DNA of 64,000 bases from a virus. Positions 27,409 to 35,230 of the stretch are shown here, in pieces. The stretch's first letter is position 1. Every line of letters begins with the position of its first letter. Position numbers and translations under genes: made by a program. The stretch is from positions 1 to 64,000 of the IMG/VR virus record IMGVR_UViG_3300046535_000406. The stretch is one strand, 5' to 3'. The notes beneath the pieces were generated by a model. The model worked only from the letters and a program-made list of their open reading frames with translations, was not told the origin of the DNA and searched no databases.

Positions 27409-27797
27409 GGCTTCGCCTGCTCCGCCTTCCAGATGGCGAACCGGGTCTTCGCGGCCTGCTCCCAGTCGGCCTTCAGGGCATTGCACCGGGCGTTCCACTC
27501 GTCCCGGGCGTGCTCGTACTCGTCGCGCTTGTCAAGCCCGAAGTCGCGGAGGTTCGGGGCCTTCTCCACCTCGGCCTCGTACTTCGCCTTGGCGGCATCC
27601 TGCGCGTCACCGGCCTCGGCTGCGGTCATCGGATGTCCGCCAGAGCCCGCGCCGCCGCCCTCCCACGCACCGTAGAAGTGGTTGGTGTCGTCAGCTTCAC
27701 GCACGTGCTTGTCCGAGGCTCGGTGCAGGATCACGTCACCGGGCTTGTCCACGAACCGGGCCGGGTTGGGCGCCGGGCGCTTCAGCTTGCCGCTCAT
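27405..27797 (-). CDS. tagged small helical protein (130 aa)
   Basis: ATG at 27797 (ATGA overlap); VREADDTNHFYGAWEGGGAGSGGHP followed by a helical domain. Confidence 0.7.
   Translation of the reverse strand: MSGKLKRPAPNPARFVDKPGDVILHRASDKHVREADDTNHFYGAWEGGGAGSGGHPMTAAEAGDAQDAAKAKYEAEVEKAPNLRDFGLDKRDEYEHARDEWNARCNALKADWEQAAKTRFAIWKAEQAKP
27630..27701 (-). repeat. tag copy 4
   Basis: READDTNHFYGAWEGGGAGSGGHP. Confidence 0.95.
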
Positions 27798-28516
27798 GCT
27801 GGCACCAGTACGACGCGCTGCCACGTCGAGCCAGTCTCGTCCACCCCGAGGCTCGTCATCGACTCGATCCGCCAGCTGGTGTCCCGGCCCAGCAGCATCT
27901 CCTTCTCCATGGCAGTGCCGTAGCCGGAGTCAAGATACGCGGCGTGCATCCCAGCCGGGAGCAGCATCTTGTAGATCACCTTGTTCTGGACGCCGACGCC
28001 AAGCTCGTTCCGGCTGAAGCCCTCTGCGAGGGTCCGGCTGATCGAGGTGGAGGTGAAGCCCCTGCGCTCGATCACGTCGCCCACCTTGGCCCCCACGAGG
28101 TCGGCTCCGCTGCCGCCGTGCCAGACCGTGATCGACTGGGGCAGCGGCTCGACCGCAAGCGCGGCGTCCAGCGACTGGACCTCGCCGTCGATGGCGGCCT
28201 TGTCCGAGGCGCTGAGGTTCGGGGTGCGCCCTTGCAGGTACGGGTTGATGTCCTTGTATCCGTTGCCCGTGTAGATTTCCAGCGCCCTCAGCTGCTGGCT
28301 GGACAGCTTGCTGTCCCAGTTGGCGTACATCTTCGTCATCTGGGTGTGGGTCACGTCGCCGCCGGACGGGGTCCCGCCGCTCGTGATCGTGGCCGGGTGT
28401 CCGCCGTCGGACGAGCGGTGACCGAACCACGCACCGTAGAAGTGATCGTCAGGCCCGCCCTCGCGCAGGCGCGCACGGGTGACGGCGGCAATCTCAGCGG
28501 CCACGGAGTCGCGCAT
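27794..28516 (-). CDS. tagged VIP2/Alt-like ADP-ribosyltransferase (240 aa)
   Basis: YTGNGYKDINPYLQ, TVWHG (His at the usual Arg position), GFTSTS, MEKEMLLGR. Confidence 0.85.
   Translation of the reverse strand: MRDSVAAEIAAVTRARLREGGPDDHFYGAWFGHRSSDGGHPATITSGGTPSGGDVTHTQMTKMYANWDSKLSSQQLRALEIYTGNGYKDINPYLQGRTPNLSASDKAAIDGEVQSLDAALAVEPLPQSITVWHGGSGADLVGAKVGDVIERRGFTSTSISRTLAEGFSRNELGVGVQNKVIYKMLLPAGMHAAYLDSGYGTAMEKEMLLGRDTSWRIESMTSLGVDETGSTWQRVVLVPA
28394..28465 (-). repeat. tag copy 3
   Basis: REGGPDDHFYGAWFGHRSSDGGHP. Confidence 0.95.
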
Positions 28517-29100
28517 CAGACCACCGCCCCGATCGCGCCACCGATCAGGCCACCGACCCGCGCCTCACCGGCCAGATCGAACAGGGTGTCGCTCCACGCC
28601 ATCCGGACTGCCTGCCGGATCGCGGGCAGCATCTCCTCCACGGAGGTAGCGAGGAAGCGGTAGCCCGGCCACCACGTGCCGTTGCGCAGCATGTGCCCGA
28701 ACTCGACCCACATCCAGTAGTCGGCGCCATCGGACATGAGGTCGTAGGCCACGATGTGGGACGCCTCCAACTCGGTCACCAGAACGGCAGTCAAGGTGTC
28801 GTGCATGAGCCCAGTATCGAGGCCGTAGATGTTCCCGTCCGGCGTGATCACGTCGTCTGGCTTGCGCTTCAGCTTGCTCTTGGCAAGCTCGACCACGGCC
28901 TTGGAGACTTCCCCGAGCCTGATCGTGAGGTGGACGTGCATCGACTCGTCCATGCGCTCGGGCAGGGTCATCAGGTTGCCCATCTCGACATCGGCCCCGA
29001 ACAGGACCCAGCGATCCGGGTGCGGGATGAAGCTCGATCCGGCGCCGGGCGTGATCGTCGGCATCCCGCCGGTGAAGATGGAGAACAGGCGCGGCGGCAT
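28516..29100 (-). CDS. HK97 gp10-like neck protein
   Basis: DTGLMHDTL...YWMWVEFGH...PGYRFL; ATG at 29100 (TGATG overlap). Confidence 0.75.
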   Translation of the reverse strand: MPPRLFSIFTGGMPTITPGAGSSFIPHPDRWVLFGADVEMGNLMTLPERMDESMHVHLTIRLGEVSKAVVELAKSKLKRKPDDVITPDGNIYGLDTGLMHDTLTAVLVTELEASHIVAYDLMSDGADYWMWVEFGHMLRNGTWWPGYRFLATSVEEMLPAIRQAVRMAWSDTLFDLAGEARVGGLIGGAIGAVV

Positions 29101-29840
29101 CAGGGCTTCCCGCTGACTGACACGTCCCAGAAGGTGGTCGGCCTGCCACCCATGTTGACGCTTCGCGACCCGAGCACCGTCCAGTCGGCGTTCCGAGGCA
29201 GGACCACGTAGGGCTCGCCGTACTGGCTGTCGCCTTGGGGCGCGAAGGGCGTGCCCGGCATCACGTTGATCCGCATCAGGCTGCGCTCCACTCCGTAGCC
29301 CTCGTCCACGTGCAGGTTGCGACTGCCCATGTAGCCGACCGCGCCGGGCCGGTCGGCTGTCCATGTGTACGACGGGTCGCTGAAGTGGTCGCCCGTCTTC
29401 AGCCCAGCCGGGACCGCCCCCGCCCGGTACACCGTGAAGGGCGCGTCACGAGTGACGCCTTGGGCCATGACCGCGTCCCACGCTGCCAACTCATCCGGGT
29501 TGGGATCGCCGTGATAGATGTCGGCGTTGACTCGCGTCAGGTAGTGGAAGCCCTCGTTGCCGAGGTCCGGGATTTCCTCCACGCCTGAGATGTCCGGGTA
29601 CTTCGCTGCCACCGCTGCCGCCCGATCCATGAACGCCTTGCTCTCTGCCGATGAGACGTTCGACGGTCCGTAGCCGCCGGACTTGCGCATGGTCCCGGAC
29701 GCCTCCGGGTGACCACCGGCACTCGCCCGTCCTCCGAGCCACGCACCGTAGAAGTGGTCGTCGGAGCCGCCTGACTCCCACATGCTCGCCAGCACGGCAT
29801 CGGCCATCTCCTCGCGCAGGGAGCGGATCGAGTCGGGCAT
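29100..29840 (-). CDS. tagged divergent ADP-ribosyltransferase-like protein (246 aa)
   Basis: VNADIY, TVYRAG, GDHFSDPSYTWT, LMRINV.PG, YGEPYVVLPRN; STS and ExE motifs non-canonical. Confidence 0.7.
   Translation of the reverse strand: MPDSIRSLREEMADAVLASMWESGGSDDHFYGAWLGGRASAGGHPEASGTMRKSGGYGPSNVSSAESKAFMDRAAAVAAKYPDISGVEEIPDLGNEGFHYLTRVNADIYHGDPNPDELAAWDAVMAQGVTRDAPFTVYRAGAVPAGLKTGDHFSDPSYTWTADRPGAVGYMGSRNLHVDEGYGVERSLMRINVMPGTPFAPQGDSQYGEPYVVLPRNADWTVLGSRSVNMGGRPTTFWDVSVSGKP
29706..29777 (-). repeat. tag copy 2
   Basis: ESGGSDDHFYGAWLGGRASAGGHP. Confidence 0.95.
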
Positions 29841-30247
29841 CAGATCAGGCCCTGCTTGCGCAGATCGTCAACGGCCACTGGCCCGTTCTCGTAGCGCACG
29901 TGGGACCCACCGACACGGTGGACGTTGCAGCGATGGTCGTACTGGCTGTTGCTCATCAGGTCCTGCGACTGGCACGCCGGGCAGCCGGGCTCAGGCTGGT
30001 TGAACACGGCTCGCAGCACCTTGCGCGCCTGCTCCGCTGTGCAGCCTGCGACGGCGGCGTACTGGGAGGCATCGAGCAGCTGGTCCCACATCATCCGGTG
30101 AAGCTCCCCGGCCATGACCGAGCGCGGCACCATGGTGCCCTCGCCCTCGGGCGGGATCACGGGCGCGGCATAGTTGTCCTCCGGCCCGAAGTCAACCTTC
30201 AGGTGGTTCCGGCCAGTCAGCCGCGCCCAGTTCATGGGGCCGCCCAT
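29840..30247 (-). CDS. hypothetical zinc-binding protein (135 aa)
   Basis: TGATG overlaps at both ends; CPAC...CNVH. Confidence 0.6.
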   Translation of the reverse strand: MGGPMNWARLTGRNHLKVDFGPEDNYAAPVIPPEGEGTMVPRSVMAGELHRMMWDQLLDASQYAAVAGCTAEQARKVLRAVFNQPEPGCPACQSQDLMSNSQYDHRCNVHRVGGSHVRYENGPVAVDDLRKQGLI

Positions 30248-30549
30248 CAGGCGGGCACCCACTTGCCCTGTTGCACGAAGCCGTGCACGCCCGGGCAGTA
30301 GCTGCTGGGGTGTTCGAGGATCGAGGGCGACAGAGTCAGGTCGCCGTCGGCGAGAGAGCCGGTCATCGCCCACGTCACCTTGCCTGTGAGCGGGATGCGG
30401 TTCTCGCAGCGCACGTCGTTGTTGGGCGAGTCGTGGCTCAGCCAGAATGAAGTCAACGTGCCGTCGCTGGATCGCATCTCGGTCAGGCACACGTCATCGG
30501 CGAGCGGGGTGCAGTCGGTGCGGTCGTCGTAATGCCGGTGCTCGGTCAT
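30247..30549 (-). CDS. DUF6527-like protein (100 aa)
   Basis: W...LTLSPSIL...C..HGFV..GKW signature. Confidence 0.65.
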   Translation of the reverse strand: MTEHRHYDDRTDCTPLADDVCLTEMRSSDGTLTSFWLSHDSPNNDVRCENRIPLTGKVTWAMTGSLADGDLTLSPSILEHPSSYCPGVHGFVQQGKWVPA

Positions 30550-30662
30550 CGCCGTCGCCGACTACGGATGGCGATCACCCCGATGATCACTATCAAGATG
30601 ATCAGCAGGATCGCGCCCGCGTCGCCGTCGAGGTGCGTCACGCCTTCATCGATCAGGTGCAT
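30546..30662 (-). CDS. 38-aa single-TM peptide
   Basis: MHLIDEGVTHLDGDAGAILLIILIVIIGVIAIRSRRRR; TAATG and ATGA overlaps; absent from the ORF track. Confidence 0.6.
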   Translation of the reverse strand: MHLIDEGVTHLDGDAGAILLIILIVIIGVIAIRSRRRR

Positions 30663-31105
30663 TACTCGAATAGCTCCGTGTCGATCTGCATGAACGCACC
30701 GAGGTTCAGGGCGTCATAGACGTTCCGCACGTGCACCCGGCGCTCCACCCCCAGCGGGTCGGTCCAGATGAGCGTGTCGTCGCGCTGGGGCAGCGAGCGG
30801 CCATCCCACGACAGGGTGTCGGGATCGCCCACAGCCGGGTAGGAGATGAAGGCCCGGATCATCTGAAGGGTCTGGATGATGCCGTCGATCACGTTGGCCT
30901 GCGGGGCGTTGGAGTCAAGCTGGACGTGTCCCCGGCATTCGAGGTACTGGGTCGGCGCCCCGACGGCGCTGAAGCCGCCGTGAGACTTCGTCATCTGGGC
31001 CGGGCGCTCGAAGGCGACCACCGACTCCTTGGCAACCGATGGCAGGGACTGGCCGAAGTATGGCTCCGCCACCATGCCGCGACGGGACCATGCCCGGTCC
31101 ATCAC
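30662..31105 (-). CDS. head closure / stopper protein
   Basis: Beta-rich, P.RDD.L motif; follows the adaptor. Confidence 0.65.
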   Translation of the reverse strand: MMDRAWSRRGMVAEPYFGQSLPSVAKESVVAFERPAQMTKSHGGFSAVGAPTQYLECRGHVQLDSNAPQANVIDGIIQTLQMIRAFISYPAVGDPDTLSWDGRSLPQRDDTLIWTDPLGVERRVHVRNVYDALNLGAFMQIDTELFE

Positions 31106-31536
31106 TGGCCGTTCCGAAGGACGCGCTCCGTGACGATCGAGCGCAGCCCGAAGTCGTTGTAGGCCACCTCGGCGAAGCCGTCGGCAGGGGTTTCGTAGCC
31201 GCCCAGCCGCTCCTCGAACAGGGACTGAAGCGAGTCAGCCTGCTTCAGCAGGTCGGCCCGGAGCGCGCCGTAGTCAACCGTCGTGTCGCCGACCTGCCGC
31301 CGCATCACGAGCAGGCTCTTGTTGTTGGCGATCGTGCGCAGGGCGACCGAGGCGGCCAGCATCGGATCGGTGAACCGGCGCAGGAAGTTGTTGATTTCCG
31401 GGTCGCTGAAGATCACCGACCGCTTCTCCATGGGCAGGCTGTCGTCAGCCGCCGTCAGGTCGCGGTCATCGATGTAGAGCCGAACCTCGGACAGAGGGTC
31501 GGTGTTCGGGTCCCCGTAGGTCGCGATCACGGTCAT
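31102..31536 (-). CDS. head-tail adaptor protein
   Basis: EVRLYIDD...FSDPEI..FL...VGDTTVDY pattern. Confidence 0.75.
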   Translation of the reverse strand: MTVIATYGDPNTDPLSEVRLYIDDRDLTAADDSLPMEKRSVIFSDPEINNFLRRFTDPMLAASVALRTIANNKSLLVMRRQVGDTTVDYGALRADLLKQADSLQSLFEERLGGYETPADGFAEVAYNDFGLRSIVTERVLRNGQ

Positions 31537-32066
31537 TCTGGCTCTCCGGACTCTGGCTGTGTCCCCCCGGGACCGCCCATCACGATGTCCCCGCCGAAGG
31601 TTGGACCATATCCCGGCGGGGTCGCCAGCCCACGTCGGCGGGCAGCGAACACGAGCCCCAGCAGGGTCGGCACCGAGGCAGCTGCCAGCAGGGCCATCCC
31701 GAGCATCAGCGTGGCGTCGTCACCCGAGATAGTGATCTGGGGCAGGATCACGATGGCTGCTAGCAGCGCGATCGGTAGCAGGGCGATCTGGACTATGGTG
31801 GCGATGAAGGCGACCAGCAGCAGCAGCCACGAGCGCGGGCGGGACTCGTCTGCGAGGTACACGCGCCAGAGGTAGACCACGGATACCCAGCCGGGGAACG
31901 GCGCGATCAGCAGCATCAGTGCGATCAGTGCAACTGCGGTGCTTCGAGGCAACACCAGCAGGCCGACGGTGATCACGACCAGAGTCACCAAGATCAGGGT
32001 CAGCAGCCGGGGCACGTCGGCACCCAGAGACACGACTCGATCGATCAGCGACGCCATTCGTGTCAT
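31533..32066 (-). CDS. multi-pass membrane protein (177 aa)
   Basis: About four long hydrophobic segments; ATGA-coupled. Confidence 0.65.
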   Translation of the reverse strand: MTRMASLIDRVVSLGADVPRLLTLILVTLVVITVGLLVLPRSTAVALIALMLLIAPFPGWVSVVYLWRVYLADESRPRSWLLLLVAFIATIVQIALLPIALLAAIVILPQITISGDDATLMLGMALLAAASVPTLLGLVFAARRRGLATPPGYGPTFGGDIVMGGPGGTQPESGEPE

Positions 32067-32272
32067 CGCTTGTCCCTCCTGTCCACGACGTGCTGCGCTG
32101 CGACAACCTCGTCCATGAAGCGCGTTACCCGGTCCGATACCACTGTCGCACGCATCGCAGCACGCTGTGCCGCCCGCGCCGCGTCAGCCGAAGCACGATG
32201 GGCTTCGGCAGCCTCCGAGGCAGCATCAGTCATGCTGTTCAGGGCCTCCCGGAGCTTCTTTAGGGCGTTCAT
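32063..32272 (-). CDS. small helical protein (69 aa)
   Basis: ATG at 32272 (ATGA overlap) with GGAGG RBS. Confidence 0.55.
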   Translation of the reverse strand: MNALKKLREALNSMTDAASEAAEAHRASADAARAAQRAAMRATVVSDRVTRFMDEVVAAQHVVDRRDKR

Positions 32273-32691
32273 GTGCCCTCCCGCCGTGGCGGACGCGACG
32301 ACTTGCCCTCCTGCTCGATTTCCCGACGCAGACGGGACTCGGTGTTCATTTCCTCGAATGCCGATAGCAAGCGATCGGTGACGCTGCTCAGCTTCTCGAC
32401 CGAAGGCACGAGAGCCGAAGTGGTCTTGACTGACTCCTGAGCTATGGCCTTCCATTCAGATGAGACGGAGCCACGCTCCACCTTCCCGGACAGGAACAAC
32501 CCGATCAGGATCGCCATGCCCGTGATCAGACCGACCGTGCCGCCGGTCGCAAGGGTCGGTAGCTGATCGACCGTGTTCGCCGACGGAGCAATGGCCTCCG
32601 CGAGCACGGCGCCCGCGCCGATCCCCAGCAGCAGCCCGACCGTTGGCAGCATCGCCACCAGAGCGATGCGCACACTCAGGCGGAGCGGCAT
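32269..32691 (-). CDS. membrane protein with coiled-coil tail (140 aa)
   Basis: GAGGAGG RBS; two hydrophobic segments. Confidence 0.65.
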   Translation of the reverse strand: MPLRLSVRIALVAMLPTVGLLLGIGAGAVLAEAIAPSANTVDQLPTLATGGTVGLITGMAILIGLFLSGKVERGSVSSEWKAIAQESVKTTSALVPSVEKLSSVTDRLLSAFEEMNTESRLRREIEQEGKSSRPPRREGT

Positions 32692-32710
32692 GGGACCTCC
32701 TCAGATAGAG

Positions 32711-32740
32711 CGAGGGGCCGGGCCGAAGCCCGACCCCTCG
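32711..32740 (-). terminator. hairpin with cUUCGg tetraloop after the major capsid gene
   Basis: CGAGGGGTCGGGC-TTCG-GCCCGGCCCCTCG; no clear T tract. Confidence 0.6.
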
Positions 32741-32762
32741 GAACTCGGTGCGAGAGCGAGGT

Positions 32763-33755
32763 TTAGCTCGCGGCGACCCGCGACGCGCCCCACCACAGCC
32801 CGGGAGCCCCGCCCCACTCGTACCGGACCTTGTAGCGCATCACGTCGAAGTCAAACTCGTACGGATCGTCGCCACCGGCGACGTTCGTCGTGACTGGCTT
32901 CTCGATGAGCAGGTCCGGCGTGTCCTTCCCGTTCAGGAAGCCCACGAGGAAGGCAGGAACGTCGTTCGGGTCGGCGAAGACGTACCACGCATCCGTCTTG
33001 GTGAGGAACGGATCGACCACGATGTCGAGGTAGTTCTGCAAGACGTTGGCGTTGCCGATCTGCGTGACGGTGCCCGTTGTGCCCACTGCCACGATCAGCG
33101 CCGAGTTGATGATCTGCCGGGCGCTGAACTCAAGGTTCGGCGGCAACAGCAGGAACTTCGGCGTGGCCGAGTAGTAGTTGTTCAGGACCGTCTGGTTGCG
33201 CATGGTCGTGATGGCGGTCTGAATGTTGGTGCTGTTGAACAGCCCCAGCGTGCCGCTCACGACGTTGTTGTTGTGCGTGTTGGTGTCGAACAGGGCGACC
33301 GCGTCGAACGCGAGGCCGTTGGCCTCTACCAGCGAGCGGGCGACCCACTGCGACAAGGTCCGGGTGGCGGCACGGCCAAACCGGCGCGGTTGCTGCCGGA
33401 TATAGCCCATGTCGTCGTTCAGGATGACGTTGCGGTTGATGCTGAAGGCGCGGCCAAACGTGCCGATCTGCCACGTGAAGGCCGCATCCCCGAGCACCGA
33501 GTCCTGATATTGGCCTTCCTCGCCGATCGCGAGGAGGTCTTCGGACTCGTACCCGACCATCGCCGTCTGCGGGCGAAGGTCAGGCGCTTCGGTGATCGAC
33601 ACGTACTGTCGCCAGACCTGCGGGACGCTCTGCGCCCAGTCGATCAGTCGGCGGTACATGACGTTGCCGAGGATGTTCGGGAAGTCCGAGGTAGACCCGG
33701 ACTCGCGAAGCTCGGCGTAGTCGTCCAGAAGCGTCTGGCGGCGATACCGTCCCAC
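32763..33755 (-). CDS. major capsid protein (Mu gpT-like, HK97 fold)
   Basis: STSDFPNIL, FGRAFSINR..ILNDD, PKFLLLPP.LE, FLNG...P motifs; AAAGGAG RBS. Confidence 0.92.
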   Translation of the reverse strand: MGRYRRQTLLDDYAELRESGSTSDFPNILGNVMYRRLIDWAQSVPQVWRQYVSITEAPDLRPQTAMVGYESEDLLAIGEEGQYQDSVLGDAAFTWQIGTFGRAFSINRNVILNDDMGYIRQQPRRFGRAATRTLSQWVARSLVEANGLAFDAVALFDTNTHNNNVVSGTLGLFNSTNIQTAITTMRNQTVLNNYYSATPKFLLLPPNLEFSARQIINSALIVAVGTTGTVTQIGNANVLQNYLDIVVDPFLTKTDAWYVFADPNDVPAFLVGFLNGKDTPDLLIEKPVTTNVAGGDDPYEFDFDVMRYKVRYEWGGAPGLWWGASRVAAS

Positions 33756-33840
33756 CGGGGACTCCTTTCGTTACTGGACTCGGGTCACCCGCCGAGTCGC
33801 CCGGGGGCCGGTTGCCATCCGGTCCGTTGTACGGCTTGGG

Positions 33841-34479
33841 TTAGGCGAGGATGCCTGCCGTTTGCAGCTTCACGATGACCGCGTTCTGTTTGGTCGCAAG
33901 CTCGGTGACGGCGGCCTTCAGGGCGGTGATCGCTGCGTTGATGTCGGTGGCCTGCTGCGCGGTCGGGTCGGTCGAACCGTTCCACGAGAGGGTGGGGTTG
34001 GTGACAGCACCGATGGTGCCGTCCGCCGATGCCCCGGTGCTGTTGTCGATGAGCGCGGGCTCGGCGGTCACCGGGATGGCCGTTGCGAGCGTGTGAAGCT
34101 CGGCGGCATCCGCTGCGGACTCGTTGTAGGTGATGCCTTCGGGGGCCAGCTGGATGATGGCCTTGGTCGAGGCCCGGTCGGTGAGGGCGAACCCGATGAG
34201 GGTGTAGCCCGCGACCGGCGTTCGGGTCAGCACGAGCGGAACGATGTCCGCTCCCGCCGACAGGTCGGACCAGATGGCGTCGCCCTTCACGGTGCCGGTC
34301 GGCACCACGATGTTGTGCGACCCCTGTCGGTCCAGCTGCGTGCTCAGACCGACAGCCACGCCGGTGATGACGAGGCCCCAGTGACCTTCCTGCTTGACGA
34401 GTTGCCCGCCAGTCAGGGCCGTCGAGGCCGTCGCCACCGGAATGTGCTTGAAGTCCCCTCGGAACGTGTTTGCGGGCAT
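33841..34479 (-). CDS. capsid decoration protein (DUF2190-like) with C-terminal head-fibre domain
   Basis: Paralog of 34498-34866 plus a helical tail ending KLQTAGILA. Confidence 0.7.
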   Translation of the reverse strand: MPANTFRGDFKHIPVATASTALTGGQLVKQEGHWGLVITGVAVGLSTQLDRQGSHNIVVPTGTVKGDAIWSDLSAGADIVPLVLTRTPVAGYTLIGFALTDRASTKAIIQLAPEGITYNESAADAAELHTLATAIPVTAEPALIDNSTGASADGTIGAVTNPTLSWNGSTDPTAQQATDINAAITALKAAVTELATKQNAVIVKLQTAGILA

Positions 34480-34497
34480 GTGTCAGTCCCTCTCGGC

Positions 34498-34866
34498 TTA
34501 CGGCGCGAAGCTGGACTGGCTGGCGTTCAGCAGCACGACCGACTTGCCGCCCGAGTCGCGGTCGGTCAGGACCTTGCCGATCACGCGGTAGCCGCTGGTC
34601 GCGGTCCGGGTGAGCGTCACGGTCGTCGCGTCGGTGCCACCGGCGGCGATGTTGGCGTAGAGCAGGTCGCCCTTCACCGTGCTGGAAGGCACGGCGATGT
34701 TGTGGGCGCCTTGGCAGTCGAGCACGGTGCTCTTGCCGGACTTGCAGGTCGTGATGACCACGCCCACGAAGCCCTCTTGGCAGCTGAGGGTGCCGCCCGT
34801 CAGGTCCGCCGATGCGGAGGCGACGGGAATGTGCCGGAAGTCTCCCTTGTACGTGCTGGCGGGCAT
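34498..34866 (-). CDS. capsid decoration/cement protein (DUF2190-like)
   Basis: G.VGV...G.H....GD.LY...IG pattern; between scaffold and capsid genes. Confidence 0.7.
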   Translation of the reverse strand: MPASTYKGDFRHIPVASASADLTGGTLSCQEGFVGVVITTCKSGKSTVLDCQGAHNIAVPSSTVKGDLLYANIAAGGTDATTVTLTRTATSGYRVIGKVLTDRDSGGKSVVLLNASQSSFAP

Positions 34867-34917
34867 CTAGCCCCTCCTCTACTTCCGCAGCGTCCGTGCG
34901 CTGCTGATTGGGTTGAC

Positions 34918-35214
34918 TCAGCCCTCGTCGGGCTGAATGTCCTCGTCGGCCTCGTCGGCCTCGTCGGACTGGCTGTCGGCTCGGTCCTGAGCCGCTTGGC
35001 GAGACTGCTCGGCGAGAGCGGCCCCCAGCGCGTCCGAGGTGTCAATCCCGAGCGTGTGGTTGCCGCTGGTCCCGTCCATGACGGTGCCGTTGATGCGTGC
35101 AAGCTGCACGGCGGTCAGGCCAGCTTCGAGCATGGTCTGATCGTTCTCAGACAGACCGTCCTCGACGGGCGTCTCATCCGCGTCGTCCGTCTCGGTGGCC
35201 TTCTTGCGTGCCAT
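34918..35214 (-). CDS. acidic head-associated protein (98 aa)
   Basis: GGAGGA RBS; contains a GLSE site. Confidence 0.55.
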   Translation of the reverse strand: MARKKATETDDADETPVEDGLSENDQTMLEAGLTAVQLARINGTVMDGTSGNHTLGIDTSDALGAALAEQSRQAAQDRADSQSDEADEADEDIQPDEG

Positions 35215-35230
35215 TGGTTCGGTCCTCCGC

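Noticed and set aside
25092-30490. ORF-track starts at 26279, 27498, 27824, 29364 and 30490
   Set aside because: They extend into upstream genes; downstream ATGs at 26141, 27408, 27797, 29100 and 30247 give exact stop/start overlaps and aligned leaders.
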